The notes below the pieces were generated by a model that was given only the letters and a program-made list of their open reading frames with translations, had not been told where the DNA came from and searched no databases. From positions 1 to 64,000 of the forward strand of contig CDROCS010004206.1 in NCBI GenBank assembly GCA_977020255.1: a DNA stretch of 64,000 bases, written 5' to 3'. Each line of letters opens with the position of its first letter. The stretch's first letter is position 1. This DNA is from Obrimoposthia wandeli (lineage: Eukaryota). The position numbers were made by a program, and so were the translations under genes. Below are positions 10,748 to 19,889 of this stretch, one piece after another.

Positions 10748-10873
10748 ATTTCTAATATCCTATAATGTTGAAGGCCCATTGAAATATTTCAACAGGTACT
10801 TTGAATGCATAACCAAAAAATAACACTTTGCTGAGGAATACAGAAGGACATTTTATTATGGAAAGGTCATGAC

Positions 10874-11893
10874 TTAACCGCTAAAGCCAAATATCCCCCA
10901 AGACTCAGGAAAATCATCATCCCGTAGAATAATAGCCTCTGTTTGTCTAAGCTCTGATCGCCAAAGATCAAACAAATGAATCTCATAAGCGTGTAATAAA
11001 TGATGGGCCGTTAATAATCTTGTATGGTCAGCCTCAGTTAACGTTTTATCCAGTCGCTTTAAATAAAACTCCCCGTCATTACTGTAAATCTTATCCCCCA
11101 CAATGGGATGCCCTAAATAAGCTAACTGTGCACGAATCTGGTGTTTGCGCCCAGTGAATAACTCGCACTCAATCAATGAATAATTCATACCCTTTATAAT
11201 TTTAGTCGCCAAAACCTTGAACAGAGTACGGCTTTCTTTTCCTTCACCTTCAGGCACCACATGCATCTGGCTGCGGATACGGCTTCCGCCTTGGTTTTCA
11301 TCCAGAGTCCCTAGATCACAGGTAAAATCCTTGCTTACCCAAGCGGGTTTTCCGAATACAACCGCACGATAGACCTTACGTTTAATTAACTCGCCTAGAT
11401 TAGATTGATACCGACGCGCCATCGCATTATTTTGCGCGATTAAGATAAGACCCGAGGTTTCAAGATCTAACCGATGTAATAAATGCGCATCAGGCCAAGG
11501 GCTTTCACGGCGTAATAATTGAATCAGCGTATTATAGACATTACGCGTTGTTCGATTTACAGGAAGGTTGGCAGGTTTATGAATAGCAGCAATTTCATTA
11601 TTCGACCAAACTTGTGACCAAGCATCATCAACCTCCGCTTCTTGGTAATCATTAATGGTATAGCTGACGACTTGCCCCGCTAAAAGCACGACATCCGCAC
11701 AGACGAGAATGCCATCAATACTCACACTGCCACTAATCTCGTCTGTACTCGCACTTTTGATATTGCTTTTCACACCCAACAATAAAGTCTGCCACAGCTC
11801 TGGCTGTAGATAGGGAATTGCTGGCAATAAGCAGGCTAATAAATGCATATTAGCCTGCTTTGAATTAACAGTAAAAGAGAAGGTAGCGTTCAT
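10874..11893 (-). CDS. RluA-family RNA pseudouridine synthase
   Basis: HKPANLPV, catalytic HRLDLETSG, TGRKHQIR, GHPIVGDKIY. Confidence 0.9.
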   Translation of the reverse strand: MNATFSFTVNSKQANMHLLACLLPAIPYLQPELWQTLLLGVKSNIKSASTDEISGSVSIDGILVCADVVLLAGQVVSYTINDYQEAEVDDAWSQVWSNNEIAAIHKPANLPVNRTTRNVYNTLIQLLRRESPWPDAHLLHRLDLETSGLILIAQNNAMARRYQSNLGELIKRKVYRAVVFGKPAWVSKDFTCDLGTLDENQGGSRIRSQMHVVPEGEGKESRTLFKVLATKIIKGMNYSLIECELFTGRKHQIRAQLAYLGHPIVGDKIYSNDGEFYLKRLDKTLTEADHTRLLTAHHLLHAYEIHLFDLWRSELRQTEAIILRDDDFPESWGIFGFSG

Positions 11894-11950
11894 GTAATCG
11901 GTATTAATTCAGTAGGATACCGCTGAACTATACCATTAATGCATAGCCCA

Positions 11951-12508
11951 CTAGCTCAACAATACAATCACAATAAAAGAACCCACCCCAAGCAGAAAGG
12001 ACACCGTACTAAGCTTCTTCAGCTTAGGCGTTTGCCAAGCCATCATAAAGCCAGAGAAAAGCAGCAGCGCCAACGCTATCGCAAAGACTGCTGCATAAAC
12101 CTTAAAGACAAAACCGCCTTTGGCTTTATGAAGCTGAACCAGATTCCGATACCAACTCGTATGTTTAACCGTTAGCGATGCTATTAACGCATCTTCCGTT
12201 GGCTCTAGAATGATGTCCTTAGTAGAACCCGTCCATTCGAGGATGAAGTGAGTGCCTGAACGTTTAATTTTCGCCTTTCCTGTTGGCACATCCAGCTCAA
12301 GCTTGGCTAACTCATCGGTCGCCAACGTCTTAAGTTCCTGCAGTTCAGGCTGAATCGCCTGATTCAGGGAAACCGCATAAATCTCTTCCGTATAGCTGCC
12401 CTTTATACCCCAGGTATACAAAGCACCCGTGACTAGAAACATAGCCGCAACCGGAAAAATAAATGCCGCAAGCAATGCATGTACTTTCATTAACTGTAAT
12501 CTATTCAT
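11951..12508 (-). CDS. PepSY-associated TM domain protein (likely iron-related)
   Basis: HALLAAFIFP..TG N-terminal TM and QLHKAKGG before the C-terminal TMs; divergent from feoA. The ORF track starts at 12592; ATG at 12508 is more plausible. Confidence 0.75.
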   Translation of the reverse strand: MNRLQLMKVHALLAAFIFPVAAMFLVTGALYTWGIKGSYTEEIYAVSLNQAIQPELQELKTLATDELAKLELDVPTGKAKIKRSGTHFILEWTGSTKDIILEPTEDALIASLTVKHTSWYRNLVQLHKAKGGFVFKVYAAVFAIALALLLFSGFMMAWQTPKLKKLSTVSFLLGVGSFIVIVLLS

Positions 12509-12713
12509 AACCGACCTTTTTAAAACTGTCATTGTCTTATTACAGTGTAACGAGACGTTCGATAAAGCCAATTTAAACCATCCGTTATCCATTAATAACA
12601 GCGCAGCTCATGATATGAATCATCCATTTGAAGACAACCTCACGTTCGCAGATTTAAGCGTGATTCAATGTTAATTAACCGAAATATTCAGTAATTTTCA
12701 TTTAACTGTTTTA

Positions 12714-12753
12714 AATCAATGATCCCTCATACGCAATTGGCTATCATTCGCAT
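12714..12753. promoter_or_regulatory. Candidate Fur box(es) upstream of feoA
   Basis: 12733-12751 reverse complement GCGAATGATAGCCAATTGC matches GATAATGATAATCATTATC at 12/19. An adjacent AATGATCCCTCATACGCA is a second weaker box. Confidence 0.6.
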
Positions 12754-12779
12754 ATAGACACGTAAATCGAAGAGTTATT

Positions 12780-13034
12780 ATGTCCATAGAATTTTCACAG
12801 CTCAACGTCGGCGACAAAGCCACCATTGAAGAATGCCGAATGGTCGAATCAGCGTCTGGCAGCACTTCTTCTTCGCAAGTACAGCGCCTAATGATGATGG
12901 GGTTAATCCCCGGCACATCGTTCACCGTGGTACGTGTCGCACCGCTAGGGGATCCGATAGAGATCAAGGTCCGTGGTTTTAACCTCAGCTTACGCCGTGA
13001 AGAGGCATTAGGCCTTTGGGTAACAATATTATGA
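12780..13034 (+). CDS. feoA: Ferrous iron transport protein A
   Basis: RLMMMGLIPG...APLGDPIEIKVRGFNLSLRREEA. Confidence 0.95.
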   Translation: MSIEFSQLNVGDKATIEECRMVESASGSTSSSQVQRLMMMGLIPGTSFTVVRVAPLGDPIEIKVRGFNLSLRREEALGLWVTIL

Positions 13035-15211
13035 ATGCATCCTCTAAGACTGAAGCCAAGACCATCGCCTTAGTCGGTAACCCCAACTGCGGTAAAACGA
13101 CCCTATTCAACACCTTGACCGGAGCTCGTCAGCGCGTAGGCAACTGGCCAGGAGTCACCGTTGAACGAAAAAGTGGTGATTACACACACGCCGATACCGA
13201 ATACCAAGTCATCGACTTACCCGGCACTTACTCCATCGGTGCTGATCCTCGTACGAATAAAGAAGGGGCTACGAGCAGTGATTCGATTGACGAACAAATA
13301 GCCCAGCAGTTTGTACACAACAAAGAAGCCGACCTCATCATCAACGTGCTCGACGCTTCCAGCTTAGAGCGTGGCTTGTACCTGACCTCGCAACTGTTTG
13401 ATTCTGACATCCCGATGATCGTCGCGTTAAACATGATCGACGTTGCTCATAGCAAAGGCATGCACCTAGATCATCAAGCTCTGGCCGAACAGCTAGGCTG
13501 TCCTGTGGTGCCATTAGTCGCCAGTAAAGGCGATGGTTTAATCACCCTAATGGACAGCATAGAAACGCGCTTGCTGAAACCCAGCTATGAACAAAACTCG
13601 CTCAATTTTGATGAGTCTATTCAAGACAACGAACCCGCCTTAATTCAAATGCGTTATGAATGGGTCGATAAGGTCTGCAAAAACGTTATCGCATTAAGTG
13701 AACAAAAAAACAAAACCATTAGCGAATACATCGACGACATCGTTTTAAATCGTATCTTAGCCTTACCGATTTTCATGGCGGTCATGTATTTGTTATTTAT
13801 GTTCGCCATTAATGTCGGCAGCGCTTTTATTGATTTTTTCGACATTACCGCCGGCGCATTATTCGTTGAATCGCCGCGCTGGTTATTACAAAGCATCAAT
13901 GCGCCCGAATGGATAACCGCCCTCATCGCCGACGGTGTCGGTGGCGGCATACAACTGGTCGCGAGTTTCATTCCCGTTATCGCCGCGTTATTTTTATCGC
14001 TATCGTTTTTAGAAGACGTCGGTTTCATGGCCCGTGCTGCGTTTATTATCGATCGCATCATGCGCTCACTGGGCTTACCCGGAAAAGCATTTGTACCCTT
14101 GATTGTCGGCTTCGGCTGTAACGTGCCTTCGGTAATGGCTGCCCGAACGTTAAGCAGAGAAGGCGATCGCTTAATCACCACGTTAATGGCGCCCTTTATG
14201 TCTTGCGGTGCGCGCTTAACCGTTTACGTTTTATTCGCCTCTGCATTCTTTGTTGAGAACGGTGCAACCGTTGTATTTAGCTTATATGTGACTGGAATAT
14301 TGGTGGCCGTATTAAGCGCCTTTCTTGTGCGCCGCTTGATTCTACCGGCGGATGACAGCAGTTTTATTATGGAACTGCCCCCGTATTTATTACCGACCTT
14401 TCGTAATTTATGGATGCATACTTGGCACCGTTTAAAAGGCTTTGTATTGCGTGCAGGTAAAGCGATTGTCGCCGTGGTTGTAGTATTAAACGTATTAAAT
14501 TCCATGGGCACCGATGGCAGCTTTGGCAACCAGAACCAAGAGCAATCTGTACTCAGTGAAATCGGTCGTTTCTTAACACCCGCCTTCACCCCAATGGGAA
14601 TCGAACAAGATAACTGGCCTGCAACTGTGGGTATTTTCACCGGTTTATTTGCGAAGGAAGTCGTCGTCGGCACACTGGATGCACTCTACACATCGGGCAA
14701 TACCCAGTCGGATGATTTCAATTTATTAAGCAGCCTAAAAGATGCGGTAGATTCTATTTCCAAAAATTTAACCGACGTAGCGGATAACTTAGATGATCCG
14801 CTAGGGTTAAACATGGGAGACCTAAGCGATAGCCAAGCCATTGCGTTAACACAAGACATATCATTTAGCACAATTGAAGTGATTCAGCAGAAGTTTCACG
14901 GCGAATGGGGAGCTTTTGTGTATTTGTTATTTATCTTGCTGTACATGCCTTGCGTAGCAACCTTAGGTGCAATAGTAAAAGAACACGGTGCGTATTGGGC
15001 AGGCTTCAGTATGCTTTGGTCTTTCAGTGTGGCGTATGTATTAGCGGTAGGATTATTTCAAGCGGTTACTTGGCAGCAGCATCCTACGACCTCTTTAATG
15101 TGGATAGTAGGATTAGCGGTTTGGCAGGTTGTATTGACGATTTTGTTATTCAGAAGCGGTAAGAAGCAAGCGCTGAAAGAGAACTTGATTCCTATGGTCG
15201 ATGTTAGCTAG
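13031..15211 (+). CDS. feoB: Ferrous iron transport protein B
   Basis: G1 GNPNCGKT, VGNWPGVTVE, DLPGTYS, NMID, GFGCNVP, APFMSCGARL, LYMPCVAT. ATGA overlap with the feoA stop gives start 13031. Confidence 0.95.
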   Translation: MNASSKTEAKTIALVGNPNCGKTTLFNTLTGARQRVGNWPGVTVERKSGDYTHADTEYQVIDLPGTYSIGADPRTNKEGATSSDSIDEQIAQQFVHNKEADLIINVLDASSLERGLYLTSQLFDSDIPMIVALNMIDVAHSKGMHLDHQALAEQLGCPVVPLVASKGDGLITLMDSIETRLLKPSYEQNSLNFDESIQDNEPALIQMRYEWVDKVCKNVIALSEQKNKTISEYIDDIVLNRILALPIFMAVMYLLFMFAINVGSAFIDFFDITAGALFVESPRWLLQSINAPEWITALIADGVGGGIQLVASFIPVIAALFLSLSFLEDVGFMARAAFIIDRIMRSLGLPGKAFVPLIVGFGCNVPSVMAARTLSREGDRLITTLMAPFMSCGARLTVYVLFASAFFVENGATVVFSLYVTGILVAVLSAFLVRRLILPADDSSFIMELPPYLLPTFRNLWMHTWHRLKGFVLRAGKAIVAVVVVLNVLNSMGTDGSFGNQNQEQSVLSEIGRFLTPAFTPMGIEQDNWPATVGIFTGLFAKEVVVGTLDALYTSGNTQSDDFNLLSSLKDAVDSISKNLTDVADNLDDPLGLNMGDLSDSQAIALTQDISFSTIEVIQQKFHGEWGAFVYLLFILLYMPCVATLGAIVKEHGAYWAGFSMLWSFSVAYVLAVGLFQAVTWQQHPTTSLMWIVGLAVWQVVLTILLFRSGKKQALKENLIPMVDVS

Positions 15212-15228
15212 AACATAGCTTTCATATA

Positions 15229-15702
15229 TCAGACCAAAGGGTAAAAGGGATAGTCTTTTTGAAACTCGGTGAGTTTGAATTCTTTTTGCATTGTTTCTGC
15301 TAAATCTAAACGGCGGCTGCGGCGAGCATCTAGGCCATCGAATTTAAGCAGTTGTAAACATTCGATGCAGACGGTTTGATTCGTCGGTTGGTGCAGTCCC
15401 GCGATAAAATCTGATTTTTTATGACGACGTTTTTGCACTAGATCACAGGCCGCTAAGTGAAAGTTTTCATGTTCTGGCCAGCTTAACCATAAGCGGGTAT
15501 TTTTAAATCCAAAGGTTTTATCTTTTAGTATTCGTAAGCGATTACTCGGCACATTAAAGCTGCCTGTTTCTAATAACTCGCGTTCGCTATAGGTTATTTG
15601 TTTTTCGGGGTCGAAGAGTTCAAAGCTACCAAGTTTTTCTGCACCCATTTCTTTGCGCAGCTGATTAAACGGTTCGAAGTCTTCAAAATCTTTTATCCGC
15701 AT
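15229..15702 (-). CDS. zorE: ZorE N-terminal-domain-only protein (no HNH nuclease)
   Basis: FHLAAC, VCIECLQLLKFDG and FKLTEFQKDY match, from memory, FHIAWC, VCMNCLERLNYKG and FSLNEFFSDY of E. coli type II ZorE. ATG overlaps the zorB stop (TAATG). The protein ends where the HNH region would begin. Confidence 0.7.
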   Translation of the reverse strand: MRIKDFEDFEPFNQLRKEMGAEKLGSFELFDPEKQITYSERELLETGSFNVPSNRLRILKDKTFGFKNTRLWLSWPEHENFHLAACDLVQKRRHKKSDFIAGLHQPTNQTVCIECLQLLKFDGLDARRSRRLDLAETMQKEFKLTEFQKDYPFYPLV

Positions 15703-16409
15703 TAAAGCACCTGATCTAATATGGTGGCGATGCGGCTATCGGCATCGGTGCGGACTTTAAACTCTACTCGGCGCGAGCGTTCTGAATCTTCGTTGCCATT
15801 TTCGTCGCGTATTACTTTTGCTGATGATAAGCCGTTGGCGGTTAGGTATTGTTTAAGCCAGTCTTTATTCTGCTTTACTTCTGCTAGCCCCATAACAAAA
15901 CCCAAGGTTGAGCGCGTTCGGGCTTGGGATAAATCCATGTTCCGAATATAGGCGTCGTCGTCGTCGTATGCGCCGAGCCAGCCCGTTGAGGTATGGCCTT
16001 CGATTCGAATTTCTAAGATGTCGTCGTGATAGGCTTCCTGAGTAATGATGCGGATATAGCGCGGAAAGAAGTCAGCCAAGATGGCTTTAAATTGCTGCTT
16101 CAATTCTGACTTGCCGTTATCGAATAATATTTCGCTATCGTTAAAACGAAAGGACAAATCTTTATCCAGCTCGGCTCGCCATTTGGGCAAGTCTTCTGCA
16201 AATTCTTCTTGTAAGTCTTTATATAACTCTTGGCGTAGGTGATCGTATAAAATCGCTACGTCTTGAATGCGATCACGCTCGGTTTCTACGTCCACCATAA
16301 AGACAACTGAGATGAGCATGAAAATCATCATCAAGCCTGCCATTAGATCGCTTACCGCAACCCAGTGGCCTTCTTGTTCTTTTAGTTGTTCTAGTTCATT
16401 TTCGTGCAT
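15702..16409 (-). CDS. zorB: Zorya ZorB (MotB/OmpA-like), type II
   Basis: HWVAVSDLMAGLMMIFM TM with Asp21, then LFDNGKSELK, FFPRY, EIRIEGHTS, NMDLSQART, SRRVEFKV; closely resembles type II ZorB as recalled. Confidence 0.85.
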   Translation of the reverse strand: MHENELEQLKEQEGHWVAVSDLMAGLMMIFMLISVVFMVDVETERDRIQDVAILYDHLRQELYKDLQEEFAEDLPKWRAELDKDLSFRFNDSEILFDNGKSELKQQFKAILADFFPRYIRIITQEAYHDDILEIRIEGHTSTGWLGAYDDDDAYIRNMDLSQARTRSTLGFVMGLAEVKQNKDWLKQYLTANGLSSAKVIRDENGNEDSERSRRVEFKVRTDADSRIATILDQVL

Positions 16410-16433
16410 GCTGCGTTCTCTTAACTAGATGGC

Positions 16434-17687
16434 TCAGTTTGATGTTTCGCTTGAGCGTATTTCTTCAGCAAGCTTCACCACGTCTTGTAGCTTTTGCGTG
16501 AGCGGTGAGTAATCACTCACAAACTTCTCTGATAAGGCGGTGAGCTGCATGCCAAAAGATTGCAGCGCTTTATTCAATTCTTCTTCCATGGAATCGTCTA
16601 ATACCGCTACTTGGCGCTCTACTTTTTCGGCAATGCGTGTCAGTTGCTGTTGAGTCTGCTGTTGTTGCTGCTGTAATTGCGTACTGGAGTTTTCTAGCAC
16701 TGCGGATAGTTGCAACTGAATCCCTTCTTGGGCATTGGTGATGTGTTCAACGGTCCAACGCTGTTGCTCATGAACTTGTTCTGCAATGCCGGTCGTTAGC
16801 GTTGCAATACGTTCTTCTAATTGCGGTAATCCATCAGCCGCATTATTCACCACGTTGGCCAAGCCTCCGAGCTGATCTTGCAAGTTGGAACGCTGTGCGT
16901 CTAAGCCGCTGAGCATTTCTTGCAGAGATTCTGATATGCCATTAAACGCGTTGGCATGCTTCACCATGTATTCAAAAGCGTGACTGGCATCTTTCATCGA
17001 GCTAGCGGTGCGTTCTTGCTCATCGGTTAATTGTTGTAGCTGGGCGCGATAGTTATTTTGCCAATCCAGCATTTTGCCAACACTTTCGTTTAGGCGTTTA
17101 AAGTTATCGCCATATTGCTCGTTAATGCGCGCATTGAAGTCTTGCATCACCGCTTCAATCGCTTCCACCAGCGCTTTGGCGTTGGCATCGGCCATGCGTT
17201 CTTCGTAATGCTCTAATACATAAACGATTTTACCAACACCATTTTGATTATCTTCGTGCTGGCTTTTTAACAGTGCGGGCACGGATTCTGAATTTTGTGG
17301 ATTAAATTGATCGGCGAGCGATTTTAATGATGCATCAAGATCGTCGATGCTGGCTGCCCGTGTTTGATGCTTTGTACGTCTGCCAGATTGCGAGAAGGTA
17401 CTCCGTAGCTTGATGGTAAGTGCGCCAAGTAAGCCCGCAATCGACGACCAGAAAGCGGTTTTCAGACCATCCATCAGTTTCGGTACACTGCCATGAATGT
17501 CAGTGGTATCGAAACTCCACAAGCCTAATGCTACACCGAGGAAGGTACCGAATATGCCGATACTGGTCAGTATGTTTGGGGCTAACTCCACTGTTTTGGT
17601 GGAATAATGAAAAAAATGAAAATAGATCGTTAATACCGTAATGATGGCGATGAGTATTAAGGTCCATGGAGAGAACTGCTCCAGCAT
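16434..17687 (-). CDS. zorA: Zorya ZorA (MotA/TolQ/ExbB-like channel with long cytoplasmic tail)
   Basis: Three TMs in the first ~95 aa (IGIFGTFLGVALGL; LKTAFWSSIAG), short periplasmic loop, ~320-aa helical tail; 24 bp upstream of zorB. Confidence 0.83.
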   Translation of the reverse strand: MLEQFSPWTLILIAIITVLTIYFHFFHYSTKTVELAPNILTSIGIFGTFLGVALGLWSFDTTDIHGSVPKLMDGLKTAFWSSIAGLLGALTIKLRSTFSQSGRRTKHQTRAASIDDLDASLKSLADQFNPQNSESVPALLKSQHEDNQNGVGKIVYVLEHYEERMADANAKALVEAIEAVMQDFNARINEQYGDNFKRLNESVGKMLDWQNNYRAQLQQLTDEQERTASSMKDASHAFEYMVKHANAFNGISESLQEMLSGLDAQRSNLQDQLGGLANVVNNAADGLPQLEERIATLTTGIAEQVHEQQRWTVEHITNAQEGIQLQLSAVLENSSTQLQQQQQQTQQQLTRIAEKVERQVAVLDDSMEEELNKALQSFGMQLTALSEKFVSDYSPLTQKLQDVVKLAEEIRSSETSN

Positions 17688-18019
17688 GTAAATATCCCTG
17701 CGACAATTGAAAATCTATCCAAAGCTTAGTTCAAATTGAGCCATTCTTCCTTATTGGAATAAAAAAAGTCTCGAATGGAGAAAAATATTCTAACAATCAT
17801 AGATTATTCATTAGATAGAAGGCTTAAACCTTTATGGATCTGCGTCCGAGAAACATGTCTTTATTCAGAGTCATTCATCAATATAAGGTAGCTTTTCACC
17901 GCTTCGTACTGACATAAATTCACATTGTGAAATATTGTCTACACTTAATGAAATAGGTTCAGAAATGAACTGCCTGATTGTTGTGAAAAAACTTATATTC
18001 TATTTCCTAGGAGAGAGTT

Positions 18020-18445
18020 ATGAAGAAGAAACAAGGACAAAAAATAGTACTGCTCGCGAGCTTGTTATTATTTAGTAGTTTGTCATTATCTGATATGGCC
18101 GTCATTGTGCACCCAGAAAATACTTCTACATTCAATAATGCGATTATTAAAAAAATATTCTTAGGCAAACAAACTAAGTTTACTAATGGGCAGATAGCCC
18201 TTCCAATGAATGCCACGGAAACATTGCCGACTTACGATGCTTTTAATGACAATGTTATTGGAAAATCAAGAACTCAAATTAATGCTTATTGGGCTAGATT
18301 AGTATTCACAGGTAAGGGAGACCTACCGAAGATATTAACTTCTGATAGCGACATAGTTTCAACCGTCTCGACAAATCAAGGAGCCATCAGCTACGTTGAC
18401 TCATCTTCAGTAACCGATAAAGTTAAAGTTATCGCGAATTTCTAA
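18020..18445 (+). CDS. Small PstS-like periplasmic substrate-binding protein
   Basis: Signal peptide, AVIVHPEN, IFLGK, YWARLVFTGKG, GAISYV. Confidence 0.8.
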   Translation: MKKKQGQKIVLLASLLLFSSLSLSDMAVIVHPENTSTFNNAIIKKIFLGKQTKFTNGQIALPMNATETLPTYDAFNDNVIGKSRTQINAYWARLVFTGKGDLPKILTSDSDIVSTVSTNQGAISYVDSSSVTDKVKVIANF

Positions 18446-18457
18446 CGGAGCTAAATC

Positions 18458-19587
18458 ATGAAATTACTAAAAACAATATCCATTGCTTCATTAGCGGTGA
18501 TGCTCGCATCCCCTACACTGGCAGACGTTAAATTCAGCGGATTCGGATCTCTGGTTGCTGGTCAAACATTAGAAGATGACGAAAAGTTAAACGCTGACTT
18601 CTATGATGTGGGCCAATATGAAAATACCACAACATTTAAAGCAGAAAGTGTTCTAGGTTTGCAAGTTTCAGCAGACATTGCGCCTGATTTGAAAGCAACG
18701 GGGCAATTGCTTGCAAAAGGTACTGACGAATTTAAACCTGAACTTGATTGGTACTATCTAACCTATAAGGCTACTGATGATTGGACGCTAATGGCAGGCC
18801 GCCGGAATATTCCGATGTACTATTATTCTGAGTTCTCTGAAGTTGGTTATGCTTATCCTTGGATTCGCCCACCATCAAATTTGTATTGGTGGCAGGTTAC
18901 GCAGTTTGATGGTTTCCATGCGAGCTACGATTTTAGTACAGATAATTATACGAATAGCATCACTGCATTTTACGGCAATGAGTATTCATACAGACAATAA
19001 AAGAAATGCTTTATTATGCGAGATAAGTAATACAACTAATTGGTCCAATGGTATCTATCGACGAAGATTGGACTGATATTGCGGGCTTTAATGTCAATAT
19101 TATTGGTGAATCATTTGATATGCGCATGGTTTACTTCCAGAATGACCGTAAAAGAATTGATACCAATGTGAATGGTGAAACCGCTGTTAGAGCAAGTGCT
19201 TCTGGTTTCTCTCAGCAATTCTTTGGCGTGGGTGGTAACGTGAACATAGATAACCTTACTATTATTTATGATGCGAACTACGTAGCTTATGATGATGATG
19301 TAGGTACCGTATTCCCTACTTATTTGATTTCGACTGTCTATAACATTGGTCAATACCAGCCTTATTTGTCGTATTCAAAAGCTGATCATTGGCAAACAAA
19401 GTCGGACAATGAAAAGAACTATGAAGAGCATTACATGGCGAGCATAGGCGTGCGCTATAACCTCAGCTCAAAGGCCTCAGCCAAGCTTCAATTCGATCAC
19501 TTCGAAGATGAAGGCGATAAAGCAACGGGTTGGGACTATCACGGTAACTCACAAACCGTTACTGCCGGTGTAGACTTTATTTTCTAA
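18458..19587 (+). pseudogene. Outer-membrane porin split into two ORFs (18458-19000, 19048-19587)
   Basis: Signal peptide, KFSGFGSL, SVLGLQ, YPWIRPP in ORF1; barrel C-terminus ending VDFIF in ORF2. At least two lesions lie within 18990-19050. Could be sequencing error. Confidence 0.75.
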
Positions 19588-19609
19588 TTCCATTCTCTCT
19601 AGCTAAAAG

Positions 19610-19641
19610 CTCCTTCTCATTGTATTTTGCATGAGAAGGAG
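19610..19641 (+). terminator. Stem-loop after the porin gene
   Basis: CTCCTTCTCAT-loop-ATGAGAAGGAG, 11-bp perfect stem; weak U-tract. Confidence 0.6.
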
Positions 19642-19889
19642 TGTCCTTTCAGTTATCCGTTAATATTCCGCATAACAAACTCCTATCGAATAAGTCCCTA
19701 CTCTTCTTCCTAGATATTACAAAGTTGGCAAATACCTTAAAAAATCGTGTATTTATTTATCGGTCATTATGCGCCCAAGCCATTCTCCTAAGACGGTTAA
19801 AGACGGCTATCGTATCTAAAATATCTATTCATAGAGAGAGTCTTAGCGAATAACGATGATTAATGAGAACAAATCAACAATCCAATCAT

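Noticed and set aside
15212-15228. Frameshifted HNH continuation of zorE
   Set aside because: Only 17 bp separate the zorE stop from the feoB stop, so there is no coding space.
15702-17687. Flagellar stator (motAB/pomAB) or ExbBD/TolQR
   Set aside because: The A subunit has only three TMs followed by a ~320-aa tail, the B subunit has Zorya-type motifs, and a ZorE-like gene is translationally coupled.
17919-17931. CRP site
   Set aside because: Half-site order and spacing (TCACA-N1-TGTGA) differ from TGTGA-N6-TCACA; kept only as an unassigned palindrome.
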